The notes below the pieces were generated by a model. It had not been told where the DNA came from. It did not search any database and saw nothing but the letters and a program-made list of their open reading frames with translations. A stretch of DNA of 64,000 bases from Candidatus Peribacteria bacterium (GTDB taxonomy: Bacteria; Patescibacteriota; Gracilibacteria; Peribacterales; Peribacteraceae), in contig JAHFJR010000001.1 in assembly GCA_023245775.1 (NCBI GenBank), forward strand, positions 6,523 to 70,522, in the 5' to 3' direction. This document shows positions 29,786 through 38,679 of the stretch, in pieces; position 1 is the first letter of the stretch, and every line of letters starts with the position of its first letter. Position numbers and translations under genes: made by a program.

Positions 29786-30754
29786 TTACCACTTCTTGCG
29801 TTCGATGCGAATGAACCCCGAGACTTCGAGGAACGTCATCTTCGGGTCCACCTTCTTCATGTCATCGAGCATCAGATTCACACCGAGGGCGTCGCTGGCC
29901 ATGTGGCTGCACTGGATGATATTCACATTGTGCTTCTTGGCTTCCTCCAGCGATTTCTCGGTGACGTGCATCGAGAGGACGGTGCCGACTCCGGCCCGCG
30001 CCTTTGCCTCGAAAAATTCCTCGGGACCGTTCGTGCCGCCGGTGAACTCGGTTGCGCAGATTTTCCCAGGACGGCTCGAACGACTGCCGCTGACGATGAT
30101 TGGCGGATTACCCTTGAGCGCGAACTTCTTGTACTCCGGAATCTCGAGGATGGCGTTCACGATCTCACCAAGGTCGTCGTACTCGTGCTTGCAGATGTGT
30201 TTCTCCATGAAGGCCCACACGAGGTTATCGGTGATGGTGTGACAGCAGACAGCGCTGAAGCCGAGGAGTTCCGCCGCGCGTTCCGTGCGAAATAAATTAT
30301 CGGCATGAATGGCGCGCCAGATTTTCTCCATGCGCGGCCGGAGCAGTCCCTCCGCTTGGTTCACCGAGACGCCGACTCCAGCGAGCAGGTCGATCTGTAC
30401 CGGCATGACTTTATCGAGGTCGGCGAGTGCGCGGCCCTCTGGATGATGAATGAGCATGCCGTCGATCTTCTTCCCTTGGCTTCGAAGACGATCTGCAAGG
30501 AGCAGTTCTGGGGTTTCGATATCGATGCCGACCATGAGGTGCGTGAACTCGCTTTCGTCTGTCCCTGCGATGATGCGGCAGTCTGGAAACGGGTTCCATG
30601 TGCGTTCGACGTCAAAGAGCTCCTTCTCCTTCCCCTCAAGCTTTTTCTCCTTCTCCTTCGTCTTCTTGAGCATCTTTGCGATCCTCTCCTTGCCTCGGGG
30701 GTCGTAGTTGATGCCGAGACTGACCGCGCGTTCAAAAAATTTCTTGAGTTTCAT
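29786..30754 (-). CDS. NIF3-like metal-binding protein
   Basis: NPFPD, GIDI, HHPEG, HTITDN, HMASDALG. Confidence 0.8.
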   Translation of the reverse strand: MKLKKFFERAVSLGINYDPRGKERIAKMLKKTKEKEKKLEGKEKELFDVERTWNPFPDCRIIAGTDESEFTHLMVGIDIETPELLLADRLRSQGKKIDGMLIHHPEGRALADLDKVMPVQIDLLAGVGVSVNQAEGLLRPRMEKIWRAIHADNLFRTERAAELLGFSAVCCHTITDNLVWAFMEKHICKHEYDDLGEIVNAILEIPEYKKFALKGNPPIIVSGSRSSRPGKICATEFTGGTNGPEEFFEAKARAGVGTVLSMHVTEKSLEEAKKHNVNIIQCSHMASDALGVNLMLDDMKKVDPKMTFLEVSGFIRIERKKW

Positions 30755-30789
30755 AGTGACGAGAGCGTACCGATGCTTTGTTCGTATCG

Positions 30790-31743
30790 TCAATAAAAAA
30801 TCTGCTTCAGAATACTCTTTCCGATGAGTATCGGATGCCGGAGGCAGAATCTCACGAGCATCGATGAGCCTTGTGGAGACGCCCTCTTTCCTGACTGTAC
30901 GCGGGTGAAGAATTTTTCGACCATGTGGGCGACCGCCCGATTTCTCGCGCGGATCGCGGCTGCCCGATCGTCGCCTTGTAGAGCCGGAATGAGACATTCG
31001 AAGCAGCGAAGTCGATCGAAGAGGCCAGTCCCCATCTCCTGATGCACGGCACTCGCTCCCTTCGGATGCACGCGGAACACGCCGTAGTTTTTTTCGTTCA
31101 GAACAGTGCAATCGGAGATCAGAAGGAGGCGCTGCCAGTACTCGGTATCCAGAAACTGCGGCATGTCTTCTAGGAAGGGTCCGGCTTTCCTCATGGTCTC
31201 GCGTCGCATCACGACGAAGCTCGGTTCGCCGATGATGTTCGGATGCAGCTCATGATCGATCCAGAAGCGAAGTAGCTCACGTCCGCGATGCAGGCCTGCA
31301 GAAATATTTTTTTCTTTGAATGATTGCACGGCTTCGTAGAGCGGAAAATTCCGAATGTCTCCCTCGCTTCGGTACTCGTGGCGTAGCGAGACGAATCCGA
31401 CATTCGGGTGATGCTCCAGAATGTTCACCGCATTTTTCAGGTACTCCGTTGACCAGACGTCGTCTTGAAACAGGAAGGCAATGAACGGTGCGGAAGTTTT
31501 TTCGATGCAGACGTTCCAGTTTCTTCCGATGCCGAGTTTCTGATTGCTCGCGGCAAACGTGAGACGCGGATCGTTCAGAAACGGTTCGACGATGGCTTTC
31601 GCTTCGCTCTTGGGGGAGCAATCATCGTGAATCATCGCATGCCAATCCTGAAACTCCTGCATTCTGAGACTCTGCAGCGCTTCCGTGAGGTGAGCTGAGT
31701 TCGGTTGGAATGTTGGGAGGAGGACATCGATTCTGGGATTCAT
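30790..31743 (-). CDS. GT2 glycosyltransferase
   Basis: DDCS, NWN, FQDD, IGEPS. Confidence 0.88.
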   Translation of the reverse strand: MNPRIDVLLPTFQPNSAHLTEALQSLRMQEFQDWHAMIHDDCSPKSEAKAIVEPFLNDPRLTFAASNQKLGIGRNWNVCIEKTSAPFIAFLFQDDVWSTEYLKNAVNILEHHPNVGFVSLRHEYRSEGDIRNFPLYEAVQSFKEKNISAGLHRGRELLRFWIDHELHPNIIGEPSFVVMRRETMRKAGPFLEDMPQFLDTEYWQRLLLISDCTVLNEKNYGVFRVHPKGASAVHQEMGTGLFDRLRCFECLIPALQGDDRAAAIRARNRAVAHMVEKFFTRVQSGKRASPQGSSMLVRFCLRHPILIGKSILKQIFY

Positions 31744-31803
31744 AAGGACAGCATTCTACCAGTTGATCTGTCAGGTATCAGCCAAAAACGGTACGCTGCA
31801 GGC

Positions 31804-32505
31804 ATACGCATCGACATTCTGACGCTGTTTCCGGCAATGTTCCAAGGCCCTCTCACCGAGAGCATCCTCAAGCGTGCAGTGGACAACGGACTTCTGGAGA
31901 TCCATCTGCATGACATTCGGAGTTTCTCAGAGGCCAGACATCGGCAGGTCGACGACAAGCCCTACGGCGGGGGAGCGGGGATGCTGATGCAGGTGGAGCC
32001 GATCGTTCGGGGGATCGAAGAAATCAGTGGAAAGTGCCTGCCTGCCGGCAAGGCAGGGAAAGTGGTCGGTGGAAAGTCCGCTAGGAATATTCAAAAACCG
32101 CATTGCATCTATCTGTCGGCAGCGGGGAAGAGGCTCACGCAGACGAAGGTCGAGAGGCTTGGTAAGAAAGAGTGGATTCTTCTGCTCTGTGGTCACTATG
32201 AAGGGATCGATCAGCGCATCATCGACGGGTGGATCGATGAGGAGATTTCGATTGGTGAGTATGTGCTGACGGGCGGAGAGCTTCCTGCGATGGTCTTGGT
32301 TGATGCCGTGGCGAGGCACATCCCGAGTGTTCTTGGCAAAGAAGCTTCGGCGCATCTGGATAGTTTCTCAAAAGCCTTCGGTCGCAAGCGCGAGTATCCG
32401 CAGTACACGCGACCCGAGGAATTCCGTTCGATGCGCGTCCCTGATGTTCTCCTCTCCGGTGATCATCGGAAGATCGAGGAATGGAGAAAGTCGAAATTAT
32501 TGTAG
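31804..32505 (+). CDS. trmD: tRNA (guanine37-N1)-methyltransferase; apparent ATA start
   Basis: RIDILTLFP, DDKPYGGGAGM, CGHYEGIDQR, SIGEYVLTGGE. Confidence 0.95.
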   Translation: MRIDILTLFPAMFQGPLTESILKRAVDNGLLEIHLHDIRSFSEARHRQVDDKPYGGGAGMLMQVEPIVRGIEEISGKCLPAGKAGKVVGGKSARNIQKPHCIYLSAAGKRLTQTKVERLGKKEWILLLCGHYEGIDQRIIDGWIDEEISIGEYVLTGGELPAMVLVDAVARHIPSVLGKEASAHLDSFSKAFGRKREYPQYTRPEEFRSMRVPDVLLSGDHRKIEEWRKSKLL

Positions 32506-32910
32506 CGATGCCAGCTTTGTCCATGATGCGAGTCGTGACATCCAATGTTGTGGGGGTGCAGCTATTTCCTGTGCAGCGAGGCGAGTCCTCTCGGCACGTT
32601 GTTCGGCCTCACCCTCTTCGTACGCCAGAATCCCACGGAGGAGTATCGTTGCATGATAGCGCGTTGTACCATCGAGAATCTCCTCCTCCATGATCCCACT
32701 CGTACTTTTTCCCCTATGCTCCAACATGTCATAGTTGTTTTGTAACAGATGTTTTTTCATGATGATCGCAAGTGTTGTTGCATCGATTTTTTTGTGTATT
32801 TGCTCGAGGAGAGAACGAAAATCTCCTAGAGTTCTCGGTACTCGAAATTCCCCGATTGGCACGCAGAGTGTGTCGAGTATCTCTTCGTCGGTTTGTATGG
32901 TGTTGATCAT
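32497..32910 (-). CDS. hypothetical protein
   Basis: AT-richer ORF; ATGA-coupled to the 32907-33095 ORF. Confidence 0.5.
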   Translation of the reverse strand: MINTIQTDEEILDTLCVPIGEFRVPRTLGDFRSLLEQIHKKIDATTLAIIMKKHLLQNNYDMLEHRGKSTSGIMEEEILDGTTRYHATILLRGILAYEEGEAEQRAERTRLAAQEIAAPPQHWMSRLASWTKLASLQ

Positions 32911-33118
32911 GCACTCCATTCTTTGGCATTTCGGTTCTTGAAGACAATGGCATTCTTGCGCACATTCTTTTCTCTGTTTCTTTTTTGAACAACACTGTTC
33001 TTCTCAAGAATCTGTGGTACACAGTTCACTATTCTCGATGGTAGTTCTTTGGGAGAACGGCGAAGAACTCTTGCTATCGTGGGGAAATATGGCATTCGTT
33101 TGAGGGTAGAATGGCGTC

Positions 33119-33430
33119 ATGTTGTTCGATTCATTCAAGAGCAGGTTCAGATTGAACGGAATGCTGACGTTCACTGTGCGGATACGCACGTCTGCGGAAT
33201 ATTCGGCATTCTGGGAGATCATGGATGATGGGGCTGTGAAGGTCGATCTCGCGGCGGTACCCGAGGACGGGAAGGCGAACGAAGAACTCGTGCGGTTTCT
33301 GGCGAAGGAATTTCAGGTGTCCAGATCGGCAATCACGATTGTCAGCGGTGAGACGTCGCGCACGAAGGTTGTGCGGGTGCGTAAGGATGGAGAAACGGCG
33401 AGTTTGTTGGATATCGGAGATATGTTCTAG
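33119..33430 (+). CDS. DUF167/YggU-family protein
   Basis: P.DGKANEELVRFLA, IVSGETSRTK. Confidence 0.88.
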   Translation: MLFDSFKSRFRLNGMLTFTVRIRTSAEYSAFWEIMDDGAVKVDLAAVPEDGKANEELVRFLAKEFQVSRSAITIVSGETSRTKVVRVRKDGETASLLDIGDMF

Positions 33431-33437
33431 GTTCGTA

Positions 33438-33561
33438 CCTCATCCCCTGACCCCTTCTCCCTGATCGGGAGAAGGGGGAACCCTGATTGAAAGAAGTATT
33501 GCATATGTTCCTCTCTCCCGATCAGGGAGAGAGGTGGTCCGCTCGGCGGACCGGAGTGAGG
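33438..33561. mobile_element. MITE/REP-like palindromic element
   Basis: CCTCATCCCCTGACCCCT and CCTCTCTCCC..GGGAGAGAGG modules shared with 49977-50193 and 58089-58227. Confidence 0.7.
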
Positions 33562-33570
33562 CAAGTACAT

Positions 33571-34485
33571 TCACCGATGAAATTGCTCATGAATTTCCTT
33601 CAGCCTCCTGTTCGTCAGATGCGTATAGATCTGCGTCGTCGTGATGCTGCTGTGGCCGAGCATCTCCTGCACCGAACGAATGTCAGCACCGTTCTTCAGG
33701 AGCTCCGTCGCAAAGGTGTGTCGGAGTGTATGTGGCGTCACTTTCTTCACCAATCCTGCCTGTGATGCAAGAGAACGGACGATGCGTTCGATGGCTTGTG
33801 GCTGGAGTCTTCGTTCTTCGCCGAAGAGACTCTTCACCCGTGACCGATTGGAATTGCTGAGCAGGAGCGGCGTCCAGTTGTCGTCTCTCGTCTGCAGATA
33901 GTCCTTGAGGAATTGCACAGCCATGTCGGAAATGAACACGATGCGTGCTTTACGTCCCTTGCCCACGACACGGAATTCGCGACTCACGAGATTCACATCT
34001 TTGCGGTTCAGATTCGCGAGTTCACTGACACGCAGTCCCGTCGAGTAGAGAAGGTGAAGGAGAGCGAGGTCACGTGCACCGTTGCGTTTCGTCGGATCGA
34101 TCGATTGAAACATTGCCTCCAACTCCTCGCGTGCGAGGACTTCCACGTGGCGCTCGGGCACTTTGGGCAATTCGATCTTCTCGGCTGAGAGTGTTGGAAT
34201 ATCATTCTTCTGCAGATGCTTGAGCATCGCACGGAGCGCGATGAGGTGATACTGCTGGGTTTTGATATCCAGTGTGACGCCTTGGCCGGCGATCGGTGTG
34301 CGGTGCAGGTGGAGCCGATACTCACGGATGAGATCTGATGTGATGCGCGAGACATCGGTTTTTGCCTTCGCGAAACGCTCGAAACGCTTCAGATAGTGTC
34401 CATAATTTTCGACGGTCTTCTTGCTCTGATACTTGCCCACTTCGCAGTGAGTGAGAAAGTCGTAGATTGCGTCTTTGAGTTGCAT
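33571..34485 (-). CDS. XerC/D-family tyrosine recombinase
   Basis: TGLRVSEL, GKGRK.R, HTLRHTFAT, LGH..TTQIYTH. Confidence 0.93.
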   Translation of the reverse strand: MQLKDAIYDFLTHCEVGKYQSKKTVENYGHYLKRFERFAKAKTDVSRITSDLIREYRLHLHRTPIAGQGVTLDIKTQQYHLIALRAMLKHLQKNDIPTLSAEKIELPKVPERHVEVLAREELEAMFQSIDPTKRNGARDLALLHLLYSTGLRVSELANLNRKDVNLVSREFRVVGKGRKARIVFISDMAVQFLKDYLQTRDDNWTPLLLSNSNRSRVKSLFGEERRLQPQAIERIVRSLASQAGLVKKVTPHTLRHTFATELLKNGADIRSVQEMLGHSSITTTQIYTHLTNRRLKEIHEQFHR

Positions 34486-34506
34486 GATTGTACGAGAGAA
34501 TACTCT

Positions 34507-35214
34507 TCAGCGGGTGAGTCCCTCCTCAATCCGCCTCATCAATTCCTCTCTGTCGAGTAGTCCCAGCCACGAGTCTTTTCCGAGCACGAAGGAGGGCACA
34601 CGTTCGATGTTCGCTTCCCTCGCACGCTTGAGGTTCTCTGCGAGCAAGTCTTTCCCTTTGAGGCACAGAGAGAGTTGCGGGAGTTTCAGTCCGAGTACGC
34701 TGGCGAACTGCTTCTCGTCGATGGTCGTTCCATGTGTCACAAGCCAATGATCTGCTTCCGAGAATTTTCCCTGAGCAGCAGCGCAGAGTGCGAGCTTTGC
34801 TTTCACCGTGCCTTCTTCCGTCATCGGAGCGAAGACTCGTTCGAGGGTGAGTCTTCCGGTATCGATGAAGGTGTGCGTGATGAGTGGTAGGGTCGTCAGT
34901 ATGAATTGTCTACAGTACACACAGTCCTCGTCTAGAAAGACCGTGAGTCGGTGCTTATTCGATGCATTACCGAGGAGGATCGTTCCACTTGCCGTGAGGA
35001 GTGGCACGATGTTTGCACCCGTTGCATGACTGACCTCGAGGCTATCAGTGGTGGTCGGAGTTTTCTCATTCTCCGAAACGATCGCTGTCCCCGTTGAGAC
35101 TTGCATGAGCGGCTTCGGCGTCTTTGGTGTGTCACTCGACGGGCTCGACAGCGCACATGCGCTCAGGAGCAGCATCGAGAGTACGGGCTCGATGGGGAGG
35201 GAGCGCAAGCGCAT
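34507..35214 (-). CDS. DsbA/thioredoxin-fold lipoprotein
   Basis: Lipobox LSAC; CVYC; VPSF cis-Pro. Confidence 0.75.
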   Translation of the reverse strand: MRLRSLPIEPVLSMLLLSACALSSPSSDTPKTPKPLMQVSTGTAIVSENEKTPTTTDSLEVSHATGANIVPLLTASGTILLGNASNKHRLTVFLDEDCVYCRQFILTTLPLITHTFIDTGRLTLERVFAPMTEEGTVKAKLALCAAAQGKFSEADHWLVTHGTTIDEKQFASVLGLKLPQLSLCLKGKDLLAENLKRAREANIERVPSFVLGKDSWLGLLDREELMRRIEEGLTR

Positions 35215-35255
35215 GGGATTTCATTCTGCCGCCTTTTTCAGGATAATGAAACCCT

Positions 35256-35990
35256 GTGACTCCACCCCGTCTCTCCATTCTCGATGTTCCGATCGACCCC
35301 GTGACGCTGTCTGAGGCTGTGGCGCGGATGCAAAGCATGCTTCAGAGCAAGAGCCAGCACCACGTCATGACGCCGAATCCGGAGATGCTCGTGGCTGCGC
35401 AGACCATGCCCGCATTTCTCTCCGTTCTGCAATCTGCATCACTCACCATTCCCGATGGTGTTGGGTTGCTCTTCGCAGCGCGTTTCCTTGGCATGACTTT
35501 GCCCGAGCGTGTCACGGGTATTGATGTCGTGATGAAATTTTGCAAGGAAACGAAGACGTCCGTGTTCCTGCTCGGTGCGGGGACCGGGGTTGCAGAACGT
35601 GCGGCTGAGGTACTTCGACAGAGCAATCCGTTCCTCATCATTGCCGGAACACACGCCGGTTCTCCTGCTCAGGAGGAAGAGGCAGACATCCTTGAACGCA
35701 TCAATACATCTGGGACTTCGGTCCTCTTCGTCGCGTACGGTGCGCCGATCCAAGATCTGTGGATTGCAAGAAATCTCGGACGTATGCCATATGTGAAGAT
35801 CGCGATGGGGGTCGGTGGCTCCTTCGATTTCCTTGCCGGTGTGCGCTTGAGAGCTCCTCTCTGGATGTGCTCACTCGGCCTTGAGTGGTTGTATCGATTG
35901 TTCCGTGAGCCCAGACGCATTCGGCGCATCGTTACTGCGGTCATTGTCTTTCCGTTCCTCGTAGCCCGAAGCAGGTTCCGTCTACGTTGA
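35256..35990 (+). CDS. WecB/TagA/CpsF glycosyltransferase
   Basis: TPNPE, PDG, ERVTG, GVGGSFD, GLEWLYR. Confidence 0.92.
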   Translation: MTPPRLSILDVPIDPVTLSEAVARMQSMLQSKSQHHVMTPNPEMLVAAQTMPAFLSVLQSASLTIPDGVGLLFAARFLGMTLPERVTGIDVVMKFCKETKTSVFLLGAGTGVAERAAEVLRQSNPFLIIAGTHAGSPAQEEEADILERINTSGTSVLFVAYGAPIQDLWIARNLGRMPYVKIAMGVGGSFDFLAGVRLRAPLWMCSLGLEWLYRLFREPRRIRRIVTAVIVFPFLVARSRFRLR

Positions 35991-36353
35991 GCCATACAAT
36001 TTCTCAAATCGATCCAGTTTCCACTGGGCTGATTTCGTGTCGAAGCGCAAACGTGCAAAATAATCGCTCTTCTCACTCGTCCTCACATGGTATGTGTAGG
36101 TCGATTTCTCTCCTGCAGGCCCCTGTTCTTCCCGAAGAAAGCGGACGTCGATGATCGTGATGCCATTGGGCAATGCCTGTCCTGCGACGGCGATGGCGGT
36201 GAGGACCGTAGGCACACTTTGGAACAGCGATCCCTTCAGATTCAGTGTACCGCGACCGATGACCGCGGCAAGGGTCACTGCCATTGCAGAGAGCACAGTG
36301 GCGATGAGGAGTGATGTGCGATACCCCCGGTGTGCGAAGTGTTCGATGTCCAT
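35982..36353 (-). CDS. hypothetical membrane-anchored protein
   Basis: N-terminal TM; TATACT upstream. Confidence 0.55.
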   Translation of the reverse strand: MDIEHFAHRGYRTSLLIATVLSAMAVTLAAVIGRGTLNLKGSLFQSVPTVLTAIAVAGQALPNGITIIDVRFLREEQGPAGEKSTYTYHVRTSEKSDYFARLRFDTKSAQWKLDRFEKLYGST

Positions 36354-36421
36354 GTTTCCTCTCAGTATACACGATTCCATCTCTCTTCGCATCAGGATTT
36401 CGTCCATGGTAGGATGACTCT

Positions 36422-37066
36422 ATGTCCACACTCGTTCTCATCCGACATGGTCAGTCGCAGTGGAATCTGGAGAATCGATTCACGGGGTGGACGGATGTTT
36501 CCCTTACGCCTGCAGGCCGAGCCGATGCGGTGCTCACCGGCAAAAATTTGCAGGATCTTCGGTTCGATGTGGTGTTTCTTTCGCGCCTCGTTCGTGCGAA
36601 GCAGACGCTGGAAGGAATCCAAGAAGGGTACGGATCTCTCACGGTTCCCGTGTTCGAAGATTCTGCTCTCAATGAACGGCATTACGGTGATCTACAAGGG
36701 CTCAACAAGGCCGAGACGATCAAGAAATATGGAGCAGAGCAGGTGCATCTCTGGCGGAGGAGTTATGCGGTACGTCCTCCTCATGGAGAGAGTATTGAAG
36801 ATTGCGAGCGGCGTGCGTGGCCGTTCTTTCGTCAGTACATTCTTCCTTGGGTGGCTTCCGGCAAGAACGTTCTCCTCATTGCACATGGTAATAGCCTCCG
36901 CCCGATTTTCAAAAATCTTGATGGCATGTCTGAAGGCGACGCAGCCGTTCTGGAGATCAACTGTTCCGTGCCATACGTCTACCTCTGTGAGGGGGAGAGG
37001 GTGACGAAGAAAGAAATTCGTACGGTGGCTGGGATGGAGGTGAAGGGCACGGCGAAGGTTGCGTAG
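36422..37066 (+). CDS. gpmA: 2,3-BPG-dependent phosphoglycerate mutase
   Basis: RHGQS.WN.ENRFTGW, LNERHYG, WRRS, AHGNSLR. Confidence 0.95.
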   Translation: MSTLVLIRHGQSQWNLENRFTGWTDVSLTPAGRADAVLTGKNLQDLRFDVVFLSRLVRAKQTLEGIQEGYGSLTVPVFEDSALNERHYGDLQGLNKAETIKKYGAEQVHLWRRSYAVRPPHGESIEDCERRAWPFFRQYILPWVASGKNVLLIAHGNSLRPIFKNLDGMSEGDAAVLEINCSVPYVYLCEGERVTKKEIRTVAGMEVKGTAKVA

Positions 37067-37124
37067 CCTGCATCCGGAAGCAGATTTCCTCGTCTTTGGA
37101 CGGTGGCTGCGTTATCCTGTGGAC

Positions 37125-38522
37125 ATGCGTTCGATCACGTACCTCCGGAAGGATTTCTTCAATGCGGTTGGCGCATTGTCGCAGGAACAGATCCACGTCG
37201 TTCTGATCGCGACGAAGCCCGACATCATCAAGCAGATACCGCTCTACCATGAGCTCAAGAAGCGCGGTCATGCGGTGCTGCTTGGGCACACGGGTCAGCA
37301 CTATGACGAGAATCTAAGTGGCGGGATGCTCAAGGAATTCGGTGTGGAGCCGGATTTCAACCTGAACGTGCGCGGAAGCATGTACGAAGTCGTGAGCCAG
37401 ATCATCGAGCGATTCGGCTTCGTGATCGGCGAATTGAAATCACGTGGGCCTGCCCACCGTAGCCTTGGCGGAGGCGGGAAGATCGTGATCCCGTACGTGC
37501 ATGGCGACACGACGACGGCGATGGCGGCGAGTAACGCGGCGTACTGTCATGGATTTGCCTCCGTGCATGTGGAGGCGGGGATACGGACGCTGACGCCAGA
37601 CTATGAAAAGTGGAAAGTGGAAAGTGCCTACCTACCGGACAGGCAGGGAAAGTGGAAGGTGGAAGATGGCCTTTCTGCTTGGAGAAAGTTTCTTATGGAT
37701 CGAAAAAATTGGAAGCGGGGGAGCCAGGAGCCATATCCCGAGCAGTTCTGCACGCGGTGTTCCGAGGCTGCAACGGGTGTGCATCTGGCTCCGGTGGAGC
37801 TCGATCGAGAATTTTTGCTCGGCGAAGGGTTTGCTGATGATCGGATTTTTATTGTTGGGAATACAGTTGCGGATGCGACAGCGGAGGCCTTGAAGAGGGC
37901 AGGAAAGGAGGAAAGGTTTGAAAGTGTTTTTGAGCGATATCCGATTCTTGAGAGAGGTGATTTTGTGCGTTTCTGCATCCATCGTCGTGAGAATTGCAGT
38001 GCCGAGCGTCGCTTCGTACCGATCTTTCGCGCGATGCAGAAGCTTCTGGAGGAAGGCCGAACTGTTCTCTTGATTTCGCTCTTCCAAACCGAAGCCGCGA
38101 TTGATCGCTTTGGATTACGCAAGGAACTTGAAGAGATGGTGAAAATGTACAAGCACTTCGTGTACTCGCCCGTATGGCCTCTCTATACCGATGTGATTGC
38201 CGCAATGAGTAAAGCGAGTGTCTGTGCAACAGATTCCGGTTCGATGCAGGAAGAGATGAACGTGCTCGGAGTCCCGTGCGTGACGCTGCGCTTCGGCTCC
38301 GACCGCAGCGAATCGGCAATGAATGGCGGGAATATCATCGCCCCGCCGACCGATGCAGACTTCATCCATGCAGCCATCACGTTCGCATGGGACAATACAG
38401 ACATGCGGAACACTCCGAAGTTGTATGGGAAAAACGTCAGTGCAAAGTGTATCGATGCGGTTGAGAAGGTCCTGAAGGCAGGGTCGATCTTCCGGAGTGA
38501 TGAGGAACGGCTGAAGATGTAG
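37125..38522 (+). CDS. wecB: UDP-N-acetylglucosamine 2-epimerase
   Basis: TGQHYD, HGDT, HVEAG.R, HRREN, TDSGSMQEE; two repeat inserts. Confidence 0.88.
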   Translation: MRSITYLRKDFFNAVGALSQEQIHVVLIATKPDIIKQIPLYHELKKRGHAVLLGHTGQHYDENLSGGMLKEFGVEPDFNLNVRGSMYEVVSQIIERFGFVIGELKSRGPAHRSLGGGGKIVIPYVHGDTTTAMAASNAAYCHGFASVHVEAGIRTLTPDYEKWKVESAYLPDRQGKWKVEDGLSAWRKFLMDRKNWKRGSQEPYPEQFCTRCSEAATGVHLAPVELDREFLLGEGFADDRIFIVGNTVADATAEALKRAGKEERFESVFERYPILERGDFVRFCIHRRENCSAERRFVPIFRAMQKLLEEGRTVLLISLFQTEAAIDRFGLRKELEEMVKMYKHFVYSPVWPLYTDVIAAMSKASVCATDSGSMQEEMNVLGVPCVTLRFGSDRSESAMNGGNIIAPPTDADFIHAAITFAWDNTDMRNTPKLYGKNVSAKCIDAVEKVLKAGSIFRSDEERLKM

Positions 38523-38539
38523 TCCCTGTCTCAACTATT

Positions 38540-38610
38540 CGCGGGTCGAACACCCGCTCCTTTGGGAGAAAAATATAGATGAAAAGGAGCGCACGTTCGG
38601 TGCGCGTCGT
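38540..38610. repeat. back-to-back pair of REP-like hairpin repeats
   Basis: Same family as 18434-18514 with compensatory stem changes. Confidence 0.7.
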
Positions 38611-38679
38611 TGAAAGAAAAACTACAAAACATCGTACAAATGTGTACCGCAGGTAAGCGATGACGGTAGAATGATTCGG

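Noticed and set aside
33571-34485. Prophage or integron integrase
   Set aside because: Length and motifs fit a housekeeping Xer recombinase; no phage genes, integron insertion or attC array nearby.
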